Virus record (IMG/VR): IMGVR_UViG_2061766007_000582
Strand: one strand, 5' to 3'
From: an uncultured virus (IMG/VR IMGVR_UViG_2061766007_000582)
Taxonomy: Duplodnaviria; Heunggongvirae; Uroviricota; Caudoviricetes
DNA: 20,000 nt
Program-made: the position numbers and the translations under genes
Shown here: positions 8,649-17,202 of the stretch, piece by piece
How positions within the stretch are numbered: the first letter of the stretch is position 1
Layout of the letters: each line of letters opens with the position of its first letter
The notes under the pieces: generated by a model
Told to the model about the DNA's origin: nothing
The model's input: only the letters and a program-made list of their open reading frames with translations
The model's database searches: none

Positions 8649-9677
8649 ATGAAAAGAATACACGACATCTTTCCCTTTATGACTTCGTATCGCGTCCTCT
8701 ATATCGCGTACCTGAAGCTGAAAGCAAACAGCGATAAACGCCACATGAGACGAGTTATAAGGTTTGAAAAAGACCTTGTGATGAATCTGTTGCGTCTTTG
8801 TTTCATGCTCAAAGCCCAGACGTGGAAGATGGGTAATTACAGACACATGTTCAGACCGGAATCCGGTAAGTTACGTGAAATCTGGTACTCTTCAAATTTT
8901 GGCTGTCTTGTTGTTCAATGCGCTATTGGCATTACGCTTGGTAGATTGCTCAATAATAGCCTGATTGAAGATACTTATGCGGGTATTCCCGGACGCAGTA
9001 TGCACAAAGGGATGAGACGTTTGTTCCGTAAGATAAAGAGCTTCGGTGACAGACCAATCTTTGTGTATAAGCTGGACATGAAACAGTTTTACGCTTCAAT
9101 CGACCATGAGCTTCTCAAACAGGCATTAGCACGTAAAATCAAAGATAAGAGGGCATTGGCGTTGCTTTACAACATTATTGATAACTGCCCATTGAAAGTA
9201 GGTCTGCCTATTGGTAACTTCCTTTCTCCGATTCTTGCCAACTTCTACCTCAATGCATTAGACCGAATGGTTAAGAACGCTCACTTTGCTTATTACAGGT
9301 ATAATGACGATATTATTGCTCTGAGTGATTCCAAAGACAAGTTACACATACTCAAGGACATGGTTCACACAAAAGCCGCTGAATTAAAGCTCACTATCAA
9401 GAAGAATGAACAAATTTATCCGATTGAGCGCGGCGGTATTGATTTCATGGGCTATATTGTGCAGAGAAAGCGTGTCCTTGTCAGACGCAGAATTGAAAAG
9501 CATATGAGAAGAGATGCAAGGAAATTCGGTCTACATCCAACACCACACAGAGCCAAAGCATTAAGTTCTCGTTGGGGTTGGTTCAAGAGGGTTAAATCAG
9601 GTAAAAACTTCTGGTTCAAACAAATAGGGTGTACGATTGATAACTTTAACGACTTACAGGTGGCATTATGCAGTTAG
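8649..9677 (+). CDS. DGR reverse transcriptase
   Basis: 342 aa basic protein with RT motifs: ESGKLREI, IEDTYAGIPGRSMH, YKLDMKQFYASIDH, GLPIGNFLSPILANFYL, YYRYNDD, GIDFMGY. Adjacent to the TR; no maturase or endonuclease extension. Confidence 0.95.
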   Translation: MKRIHDIFPFMTSYRVLYIAYLKLKANSDKRHMRRVIRFEKDLVMNLLRLCFMLKAQTWKMGNYRHMFRPESGKLREIWYSSNFGCLVVQCAIGITLGRLLNNSLIEDTYAGIPGRSMHKGMRRLFRKIKSFGDRPIFVYKLDMKQFYASIDHELLKQALARKIKDKRALALLYNIIDNCPLKVGLPIGNFLSPILANFYLNALDRMVKNAHFAYYRYNDDIIALSDSKDKLHILKDMVHTKAAELKLTIKKNEQIYPIERGGIDFMGYIVQRKRVLVRRRIEKHMRRDARKFGLHPTPHRAKALSSRWGWFKRVKSGKNFWFKQIGCTIDNFNDLQVALCS

Positions 9678-10120
9678 ACAATGAGATTCTGAATATTGCC
9701 GATATTGCTCCTAACAGAACGGTTCTTGAAGGACGCAAAACGAAAATGAGCGAAATAGTAAATATGTCACTGGTATTTACTGGCTGGACATTTACCGAAT
9801 CTAAATTTCAAAACAAAAGAAAACACGAGGACTTTTACCCTGATGAACACGTCGAGGTTATTGAAGAAAAGAGCAAGACAAAGGATGAAGCCAGTGTTTC
9901 AGAGGATGAGCAGAATAAGGACAAAGCAAAGAAGACAAAGGAGAAAAGAGAATGCCTTACGTTACAATTCACACTTGATGGAGATTTACGTATCGTATTC
10001 ACATCTTCTGCGGTACTTATACAGCAACTCAGAGATTTCCTGAAAGTGAAACCAGATGCAACAAGTTTCAGAGCAACCATTAAACACATCGACAATCGTT
10101 TCTATAAATTTTCCACATAA
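9668..10120 (+). CDS. Candidate non-Avd DGR accessory protein
   Basis: Overlaps the RT stop by 10 nt. Beta-rich core (LEGRKTKMSEIVNMSLVFTGW...LTLQFTLDGDLRIVFTSSAVLIQQL...SFRATIKHIDNRFYKFS) with a charged low-complexity insert. Confidence 0.6.
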   Translation: MQLDNEILNIADIAPNRTVLEGRKTKMSEIVNMSLVFTGWTFTESKFQNKRKHEDFYPDEHVEVIEEKSKTKDEASVSEDEQNKDKAKKTKEKRECLTLQFTLDGDLRIVFTSSAVLIQQLRDFLKVKPDATSFRATIKHIDNRFYKFST

Positions 10121-10132
10121 GGAGGATATGAC

Positions 10133-10534
10133 ATGAAAACTTATACATTTGAAGGCGTTACCTACACCGAACTTCCAAAGAAGCTGAAACTCTCCAATGG
10201 CGATACTGTTTCTCCGGTGACTGAGTTTATCTTTCAGTCCCTTGGCGGTGTAATTAATGATGACGGACAGCCTACACCAGCCGAAGCGTTCAAGGATGCT
10301 ATCAATGATTATCTTGAAGCTCTTGAAGCTCAGGTTACGGAACTCGGTCTGCATATCACTGTCGCGGAGTTCAAAGAAGCGGCTCGTACCAAACTCTCCA
10401 CTGACCTGATTACGTGGGCAAAAGGTAAGAATGTGCCTGATGAAGTGATTGACGTTGCAAGACAGAAGATTATCGAGCTGATTGCTGATGGTAGCCGCCT
10501 TGGTCTTACTTGGAACGACCTTTTTGCGGATTAA
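10133..10534 (+). CDS. Hypothetical protein, possibly a tail fibre assembly chaperone
   Basis: AAGGAGG RBS; 133 aa and acidic. Function is inferred from position only. Confidence 0.5.
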   Translation: MKTYTFEGVTYTELPKKLKLSNGDTVSPVTEFIFQSLGGVINDDGQPTPAEAFKDAINDYLEALEAQVTELGLHITVAEFKEAARTKLSTDLITWAKGKNVPDEVIDVARQKIIELIADGSRLGLTWNDLFAD

Positions 10535-10549
10535 TGAGGAGGTAAAGAG

Positions 10550-10990
10550 ATGACATATAGCGAAGTCAAACAACTGAGACGGATGGCTGTTGAGGCTGGT
10601 CTTGATGGTGCGAATAAGCTGAAACGTTATTCCATTGAGGACTTGAAGAAGATTTACAACGGAATCGGTTCTGACAGTTTCCCTGAATGGTTACGTGCTG
10701 TTATCTCTTATCTGCACCCAACACTCGGTCCTGTTGCCATGATTCACGATGTTGAGTGGCATAAATCGGACGGAAAGATGGCTACGTTTACAGCTTCAAA
10801 TGACCGCTTCAAAGCAAACGGATATAAGATTGCAAAGTATCGGTATTGCTTCTTGGACCCACGGCGTTATATCGTTATGCATCAGGCGCGTAAATTTGCA
10901 AACGTGTGTCAGCTTTTCGGTTGGTCTGCGTGGACATCTCCTTGTGAGTGTGCTATTTGCAGAGCTAAAAGGAAAGGGAAGGCAAAATGA
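10550..10990 (+). CDS. Putative phospholipase A2-like protein
   Basis: GAGGAGG RBS. YNGIG...PVAMIHDVEW...F..SN.RF resembles the NGCG...HD PLA2-like pattern. Confidence 0.5.
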   Translation: MTYSEVKQLRRMAVEAGLDGANKLKRYSIEDLKKIYNGIGSDSFPEWLRAVISYLHPTLGPVAMIHDVEWHKSDGKMATFTASNDRFKANGYKIAKYRYCFLDPRRYIVMHQARKFANVCQLFGWSAWTSPCECAICRAKRKGKAK

Positions 10991-12006
10991 CACAAACAGA
11001 GCAGAAAATCATGGACATTTTGCTTGACATTCAGAGTAAGGTATCGAACATGAGTGCCAAGGTTCAAAACGATTACTTAGCTCTTCATGGTAATGGCAAA
11101 CCCGGTCTTCTGAAAGAGGTTGAGGAGCTTACCAAGAGGGTCGTAGCAATCGAAGTCAAAGATTCTACAAACCATACAGCCGCAGGTAAAGTGGCTGNNN
11201 NNNNNNNTAATCCGAATCGAAAACAAACTTCAAGGTGTCAGTTACGATTTTGCTCACATTCACACTTATCGTTTCAAGCGTGTAAGTGGCTGTTTCCTTG
11301 ACGTAAGCCTGTAATGCCAGTGCAAGGTCGTATTCCAGATTAAGTGCCTTCAAATCGCCTTCGTAGCGGCTTAATGCTGATTTTGCCTTATCCCGGTTGT
11401 ACGAGGCAATATCAATATAGTGTTGCATGTCTTTTATCGTCATATCAGACACCTTCGAGGAACTTGGAATACTTCTCTTGGAACTTGGCGAGACCTTCAT
11501 CAAGTTCCTGTTGTTTCCTGTTGAGTTCCGTTGTGATTTCCTCAATGGACAGCTTGATTGCCTGAGCCAAATCGTTACCTGCTTTGACCTTTTCGGCTAT
11601 ACGTGGATTCTGCATAGCCTGTTCCTTCAAAGCTGACATTTTACCTAAAGCCTTGTTGTACTGTGACTTGGCTTCTTCGATTTTGGATTTGTATTCGGAG
11701 ATTGAGTTATTCATACATCGCCTCAAACATGGTTAAGAGTTTATCTCGGTTAGGGTCATTTGCAATAATGTGCTTGAAGTTGTCTTTGAAGCTAAGGGAA
11801 AGCTCAAAGCTGTCATCAATCGTACTCATCATACCGCTTATCTTGGCGTAGAGTGCTTTCTTCTCGTCAATATGTTCGCGGTGGATTTCGTACTCCAAAG
11901 GAAAGTAAAAATCATTGATACGCAGAACTTTATTGTTGGTCATATCGTATTCAACAANNNNNNNNNNATCATAGCATTAGCCGCCCTATTCAAACCCATC
12001 GTGTGA
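10987..12006 (+). CDS. Putative holin-like membrane protein, split by a gap-flanked insert (real parts 10987-11197 and 11968-12006)
   Basis: Coiled N-terminus (GNGKPGL..VEELTKRV) ends AAGKVA at a gap. After the second gap IIALAALFKPIV* reads as the end of a transmembrane helix. Confidence 0.5.
11208..11957 (-). repeat. Diverged second copy of the sbcD 3' end, small ORF and sbcC-C start, flanked by N gaps
   Basis: 11208-11317 matches 13483-13592 and 11697-11957 matches 13603-13863, with substitutions. The middle 379 bp would fill gap 13593-13602. Confidence 0.9.
11445..11714 (-). CDS. Small coiled-coil protein normally lying between sbcD and the sbcC C-terminal gene
   Basis: MNNSISEYKSKIEEAKSQYNKALG...; the start overlaps the sbcD stop (ATGAATAA); heptad-like composition. 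Confidence 0.6.
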   Translation of the reverse strand: MNNSISEYKSKIEEAKSQYNKALGKMSALKEQAMQNPRIAEKVKAGNDLAQAIKLSIEEITTELNRKQQELDEGLAKFQEKYSKFLEGV

Positions 12007-12007
12007 G

Positions 12008-12637
12008 GTGAAAATGCCCGGTTTAATGATTTGGTGTACGTGTGCCGAAAACAACAAAGAAATCTACCTGAAACGTGTCGCTCATTGGTACGAACAGGTA
12101 AAGTCTATTTTCGGCAAATTCAACCCGGACTATTATGTCTTCGTTGACGGAACTATAACGGAAGACGATATAGTTAGGGCTGACCTGTCTTTGGTGAATG
12201 TGAAATTTGTGAACCAGACACCTAAGCTGGGTCGTGCGAATGTAGCCGTGTTTCAGGGGTGGAAGCGTTCATTGAAAACCGCCCTTGAGTACGGAAGAGC
12301 ATACAAATACATCATTCATATCGAGAATGACGTCAAAATCCTTCACACGGATAAGATATTCAAATACATGAAAGAACCCGAAGTTTACATGGGAGTATGC
12401 AGAAAGTACGGATTCCCTGAAACTGCATTTATGATTCTGAACGACCAAGAAGTTAATGCGGAAATCGTCAGACATTATGCAAATGAAGCGAATCTGTACG
12501 AACTTGCTATCGCTGAACATGTTATCGGCAGAATCGCAAACGGTAAATGCCATTATGTGTTCAAGACCGACCGTTTAGAAGACCCCGGACGTTTTAATCC
12601 AGATTATGATTACGTTTGTCAATACCAATACACCTAA
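12008..12637 (+). CDS. Putative GT-A-like glycosyltransferase
   Basis: 209 aa. YYVFVDG, LGRANVAVFQGWKRS and YKYIIHIENDV resemble the hhhEDD metal-binding motif. Confidence 0.5.
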   Translation: MKMPGLMIWCTCAENNKEIYLKRVAHWYEQVKSIFGKFNPDYYVFVDGTITEDDIVRADLSLVNVKFVNQTPKLGRANVAVFQGWKRSLKTALEYGRAYKYIIHIENDVKILHTDKIFKYMKEPEVYMGVCRKYGFPETAFMILNDQEVNAEIVRHYANEANLYELAIAEHVIGRIANGKCHYVFKTDRLEDPGRFNPDYDYVCQYQYT

Positions 12638-12654
12638 CATAAGGAGATAGAAGT

Positions 12655-13041
12655 ATGAAGAAACTTGTTACAATCCTCGCTTTCGCCCTCACTTTCATGG
12701 TCACTTCCTGTGGTCATAACTTCGGCACTGTTGTTCACGGCAAATTTGTGAACCTCGGCTATGACCCTGAACTGAATAAGTTTGGGATTCAGTACGTTGA
12801 CGGTGTTATGATGACTGGCATGAACAAGGAGAAATCCAAAAATGCCTTTAAGTTCACCGACTCTGCTGAAAAGGGTGATGCGAAAACAACCACCATCGTT
12901 GAATATACAAACGAGAATGGCGCACAGGTTACAGGCTATCAGGTTGACTTGGTTGAAGCTATGGGCGAAGCCAACGTTGATAAAGATGAGGTGATTCAGA
13001 CCAAGAAAGATGTTGCTGAAATCGTTGAAGAACCCAAATAA
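12655..13041 (+). CDS. Lipoprotein (possible spanin or exclusion protein)
   Basis: AAGGAG RBS; signal peptide MKKLVTILAFALTFMVTSC ending in a lipobox-like VTSC. Confidence 0.7.
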   Translation: MKKLVTILAFALTFMVTSCGHNFGTVVHGKFVNLGYDPELNKFGIQYVDGVMMTGMNKEKSKNAFKFTDSAEKGDAKTTTIVEYTNENGAQVTGYQVDLVEAMGEANVDKDEVIQTKKDVAEIVEEPK

Positions 13042-13065
13042 GCCCCAACTCCTCCTTGGGTTTAC

Positions 13066-13111
13066 ATAAAGTGAGGCTCTCAGGTGTGGTTCCCTGAGAG
13101 CCTCTTTATTT
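13066..13111. terminator. Bidirectional intrinsic terminator
   Basis: Perfect 12-bp stem GAGGCTCTCAGG (13073-13084) / CCTGAGAGCCTC (13093-13104), flanked by ATAAAGT and TTTATTT, between convergent genes. Confidence 0.88.
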
Positions 13112-13115
13112 ATGC

Positions 13116-13592
13116 TTAAAGAACTGCACCCGGTACAAATTCTTCGGAATCAAAGCATTTAGCCTCTGTAAATCCGTAGTTTGCACCATGAGCCGCAATC
13201 ATAATTATTTGAATACCAAGCGTTTTTGACAGATATTCAAGTAACTTGCCAACCATAGGCTGATAGTTGGTACTCACAGCTCCGGCAGGTTCATCGAGGA
13301 TTAGAGTACGCCTCAACTTTCTTTTGTCCATACAGAGAACAGCAACACGCAGGGCTATGGCAACCATATCTGCAATACCGTCTCCGTTCTGGCTCCGAAT
13401 GTCAAATATCTCCTCGCCCTTGTAAAGATACATGGAACAGGACATATTACCGTACTTGACATTGAAATCGAGAACAAACTTATAATCCGAATCGAAAACG
13501 AACTTCAAGGTATCTGTTACGATTTTGCTTACATTCACACTAATCGTTTCAAGCGTGTAAGTGGCTGTTTCCTTGACGTAAGCCTGTAATGC
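13116..13592 (-). CDS. C-terminal half of an SbcC/Rad50-like ATPase (5' end in the gap; the copy starts MTIKDM at 11443)
   Basis: Degenerate signature SQNGDG, ALRVA, Walker B LILDEP and H-loop IMIAAH. Confidence 0.8.
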   Translation of the reverse strand, partial: ALQAYVKETATYTLETISVNVSKIVTDTLKFVFDSDYKFVLDFNVKYGNMSCSMYLYKGEEIFDIRSQNGDGIADMVAIALRVAVLCMDKRKLRRTLILDEPAGAVSTNYQPMVGKLLEYLSKTLGIQIIMIAAHGANYGFTEAKCFDSEEFVPGAVL

Positions 13593-13612
13593 NNNNNNNN
13601 NNAGAGATTGAG

Positions 13613-14566
13613 TTATTCATACATCGCCTCGAACATGGTTAAAAGTTTGTCGTGGTTTGGGTCGTTTGCAATAATGTGCTTGAAGTTGTCTTTGAAGTTA
13701 AGGGAAAGCTCAAAGCTATCGTCAATCGTGTTCATCATGCCGCTTATCTTGGCGTAGAGTGCTTTCTTCTCGTCAATATGTTCGCGGTGAATGTCGTAGG
13801 TCAAAGGCAACGGATAGTCTTCAACGTTCAGGATTAGGTTGCTGTCCATGTCGTATTCAATAATCGTAGCCTTTGGCTTGTAGTCGATTTGGTCGGCGCG
13901 TAATCTGAAAACAGAACCACAGTTGATACAGGCTATGCCGTCAATCTCCTGTGAGAACGGTTTATGATAGTCGCCGGAAATAATCAACCGTGTATTCTCT
14001 GACGTACAGTTCTTGACAAACCATTCGATGTTGTTTTCTTCCTTGGCTTCATCAAACGGCTTATCCTTGTAGTACATCCCTTTGTGCATGACAATAATGG
14101 GTCTGCCGTTCTTTTTAACAGTACCGTCATGTAAATCATCGGAATAGTACACAGGATAATACAAACCCTGATTCTTGTCAAGGTGTCTGAATACCCCCAT
14201 ATTCGCCATAAGCGTGTAGGGAGAACGTTTCAGCTCGTCAGGATTACCACCCATGCTGTCGTGGTTTCCGGGTATGCAACTAAGGTTGCCATCACGATTA
14301 ATGCCATTAGCTCCTCTACAGGCATTATTGAGCTGACTTAACCAACCTGCACATTGAATAAGAAACTGCATTGTGTTTGTACGCCAAGAATCAAAAATGT
14401 CACCGGCGATTATAATGTGATTCACGTGCCGTTTCTTTGCCAATGTAGCGATAAACTGGATTTTATTGTCGATTGTTGCAATCCAATCTTCCTGTTCATC
14501 GCGGCACTCAGGCTTGTTTTCCTTTAAGTGCAGGTCAGCCAAAGCAAGGATTTTATGGATTCTCAT
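13613..14566 (-). CDS. sbcD: SbcD/Mre11-like metallophosphoesterase nuclease
   Basis: Motifs ADLH, AGDIFD, PGNHD, VMH, SGDYH, NCGS. Confidence 0.88.
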   Translation of the reverse strand: MRIHKILALADLHLKENKPECRDEQEDWIATIDNKIQFIATLAKKRHVNHIIIAGDIFDSWRTNTMQFLIQCAGWLSQLNNACRGANGINRDGNLSCIPGNHDSMGGNPDELKRSPYTLMANMGVFRHLDKNQGLYYPVYYSDDLHDGTVKKNGRPIIVMHKGMYYKDKPFDEAKEENNIEWFVKNCTSENTRLIISGDYHKPFSQEIDGIACINCGSVFRLRADQIDYKPKATIIEYDMDSNLILNVEDYPLPLTYDIHREHIDEKKALYAKISGMMNTIDDSFELSLNFKDNFKHIIANDPNHDKLLTMFEAMYE

Positions 14567-15609
14567 ACTTCACCTATAACCTGTCCGCAAGTTGGGCAAA
14601 CAGTACCGACCAGAGCATGAAGTTTGTCCTCGTACTCTTTATACATGTTCTTTGCCTGTTTTCCTTGCTGAATCAGTGTTTTGAATGTGGATTGTTCGGC
14701 TTGCAGTTCGTTGAGGTTCTGACGGTACTCAACAATGTCGTGCTGAATACGGCTGAGGGAGATAATGTCAGATTCAGCCTCAGTGATGTTATTGTTCTGC
14801 AACTTGACAACAACATCCTTGAGCTGGCTTCTCAACAGTCTGATTTCGTACAGCTCGTTATACTGCTCATCCGCAACCTGTTTGAGTTGTTCCAGTACGC
14901 ACAGGTCTTTATCTGCATCAGCGTAGCGTTCATAACCAGCCATAGCACGTTGAATCCAAAACAGCTTGTCTTTGTACTCGGTGATTGCTTTTAGTTCTTC
15001 TTGCAATTTAATGCAAACATCACGGTCGGCAGTGTATGCTTTCAGCAGTCCAGCCGCCATGTCAATATCAGCGTAAAAAGCAAGCTCTTCTTTAGCCTTT
15101 GAGATACAGACTTTGAGTTTCTCCACATTATCGGCAGTCTGTTTGACATAGCGATTTGTGTTTGACGTAACAGTCTGAATCTCGTTAAGGTCAAGCATCG
15201 TACTGAACTGTTCCGCTGTTTCAGAGCCTTTGTAGTAGACCATAAACGGCAAATCTCGTCTGTCCTGAATCGAGATAGCGTCCATGTTCACCAGTAATGC
15301 AATATCACCGGGTACACTGGTTCTGAATGACTTATACAGATTGTCATTCAGCTTGTAGGTATTGCTTGAGGCACTGTACGACCTCTCAACCACATTACCG
15401 TCAATCGTTGCTGATACGGTGCATTTCTGAGTGCCGTGTTTGACGAGTTTGCTTGAATCTCCGTCATTCATCAACACCCACTTCAACCCACGGAATATGG
15501 CTGTTTTACCTGAATCCGTAGGTCCTGTGATAACGTTGACACCCTCAATGAAGTTCAACGTAATGTTTTCGTGTTTCTGTAGATTGGTAGCTTTTAATTG
15601 CTCAATCAT
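14563..15609 (-). CDS. sbcC: N-terminal half of an SbcC/Rad50-like ATPase
   Basis: MIEQLKATNLQKH, Walker A GPTDSGKT, coiled coil, ends just after zinc hook CPTC. No Walker B. Start taken after the AGGAGG RBS. Confidence 0.85.
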   Translation of the reverse strand: MIEQLKATNLQKHENITLNFIEGVNVITGPTDSGKTAIFRGLKWVLMNDGDSSKLVKHGTQKCTVSATIDGNVVERSYSASSNTYKLNDNLYKSFRTSVPGDIALLVNMDAISIQDRRDLPFMVYYKGSETAEQFSTMLDLNEIQTVTSNTNRYVKQTADNVEKLKVCISKAKEELAFYADIDMAAGLLKAYTADRDVCIKLQEELKAITEYKDKLFWIQRAMAGYERYADADKDLCVLEQLKQVADEQYNELYEIRLLRSQLKDVVVKLQNNNITEAESDIISLSRIQHDIVEYRQNLNELQAEQSTFKTLIQQGKQAKNMYKEYEDKLHALVGTVCPTCGQVIGEV

Positions 15610-15808
15610 CGAAACCTCCTGTATTGTTCTCAAGAATTAAGCGATAATCGGACAGCATAAACTTTTTAGCCAGTCTTTTAGCCACGCGAATATCCTGTAC
15701 TCCGTAGTTGATAAGACGAATAGCCTGACGCTTATGCAGTCCGGTTATCTTACATACTTGCTCTGTGGTAAGTCCCATCTGAGCAACAATGTTAAACAGC
15801 TTTGTCAA
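15602..15808 (-). CDS. Small HTH DNA-binding protein
   Basis: MGLTTEQVCKITGLHKRQAIRLINYG is XRE-like; overlaps both neighbours. Confidence 0.55.
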   Translation of the reverse strand: MTKLFNIVAQMGLTTEQVCKITGLHKRQAIRLINYGVQDIRVAKRLAKKFMLSDYRLILENNTGGFDD

Positions 15809-16208
15809 GAGTAGCCACCGAAATTCTTATTTTTGGTGTGTCACTGTATAGCTTGAATGAGTGCCTGACAGCTATTAAACTATCGTCTGCCCATAGAATC
15901 CCTGTTAAGGCGTCTTGCAGGGCTTTTCCGCAGTTGTCAATGTCTGGTCTGGTAATCTTATAGACCGGACTGCCTTTGAGCGATTTTGGTGGCTTAAAAT
16001 AAAAACCAAAGTGTACCTCTAATGGAACACCACTAAAAAGAGGTATGGTTTCATGTTTCAAATCCTCTGTAACGTATTCGGCAACCTGTTTCTTGAAGTT
16101 TACGACTTTTGCAGGTTGGTAGGTGGTGATATGTTTTCCGATACGGCGAACCCTTACGGATTGAACAGGGATTACCTCAAAAGGAATCTCTATTTCGTAT
16201 CGAGCCAT
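15792..16208 (-). CDS. rusA: RusA-family Holliday junction resolvase
   Basis: RPDIDNCGKALQDALTGILWADDSLI catalytic motif; GAGGTG RBS. Confidence 0.9.
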   Translation of the reverse strand: MARYEIEIPFEVIPVQSVRVRRIGKHITTYQPAKVVNFKKQVAEYVTEDLKHETIPLFSGVPLEVHFGFYFKPPKSLKGSPVYKITRPDIDNCGKALQDALTGILWADDSLIAVRHSFKLYSDTPKIRISVATLDKAV

Positions 16209-16209
16209 T

Positions 16210-17202
16210 ATTCACCTCNNNNNNNNNNTGCTTTTGAATCAGACCATAGTAATCACAGAGTTTGATGAAATACTTATAGTCAAACTCATCAGGAACCAAC
16301 TCAAAGTAAGGAACACCACCAAGAGGAAGACGAACCAGTTTATCCCATAGGGCAAGTTCACCGTTCTTTTGGGCATCCTCAATCTTTTTGACAAGGAGTG
16401 ATGGCTTTCCTGATGGTGTTCTGATTGTTCCGGTAAGCAGATATTCAAGCGCACGATTCTCACCGATACCTCTAACACCCGGAACTGCATCAGAGTGACA
16501 CCCAGCCAATGCTTTCACGTCAGCAAATCGACTTGGATGCATACCACGGAGTTTTGGGCTGTTCATGGCTCTCGCTTCGTTGTAGACAGTAACGTTATTG
16601 CCGCCACCGTATTCCCTGACCGAAGCCATAGCCACGTTTTTCCTGATAAGCTGAATGTAATCGTTATCGTCAGAGTAGATAACAAAGTATCTGTCAGGGT
16701 AGGAATCAACGATACTGGCAATAATATCGTCACCCTCATATCCGTCAGCCTTGTAGCAGTTCTTGAAGCCGAGTTTTGGAACTACCTCAGTCTCAATGAT
16801 TTTCCAGAAATACTCGCACTCTTTACGGATTTGCAGGTTTTTATCCATAGCCTCCGTATTTCTTTGGCTTGTGTGCGGCATTTCTTTTTCAGGATTCCAT
16901 CCAGCCCGATTGTTTTTATAATCAGGATAGAGTTTACGTCTGATACTGGTTTCCCTTGAACAGTCCCATGCAAACACTAACTTTGTGGTATTCAGTGCTT
17001 TGCAAATGAACTCGATTTTATCAAAGAAACAGTTCAGGATAGTAGCCTCACGCTCTTCCTGACTTCTGACATTCGGGTAGTTTTTGTATGCCTTGAATGT
17101 AGCGTTCCAGCATACACAACGGCTGTCAACTAAAATGGTAATGCGGTCTTTCGGCATATTCAGGAAGTTGACAGCTCGTTCACGGTTCGTTAAGTTTGGC
17201 AT
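16210..17202 (-). CDS. 5'-3' exonuclease/flap endonuclease (T4 RNase H or Pol I N-terminal family); 3' end uncertain at gap 16219-16228
   Basis: ILVD, FAWD, RRKLYPDYKNNR, GYEGDDIIA, SDDND, LAGCHSDAVPGVRGIGE. Confidence 0.9.

Noticed and set aside
8224..8652. 142-aa ORF spanning the TR as a possible avd or protein gene
   Set aside because: It is open largely because the TR keeps the VR reading frame. It runs through a hairpin, putative promoter and RNA spacer and shows no Avd-like character.
8649..9677. Group II intron or retron RT, suggested by the SP motif
   Set aside because: Short length, IG rather than QG, no maturase/endonuclease domain, no intron domain V, no VTG retron motif, and an adjacent TR/VR pair.
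11208..11957. True duplication or mobile insertion
   Set aside because: Bounded by 10-N gaps on both sides, complements gap 13593-13602, and no transposase or terminal repeats; an assembly artefact is more likely.
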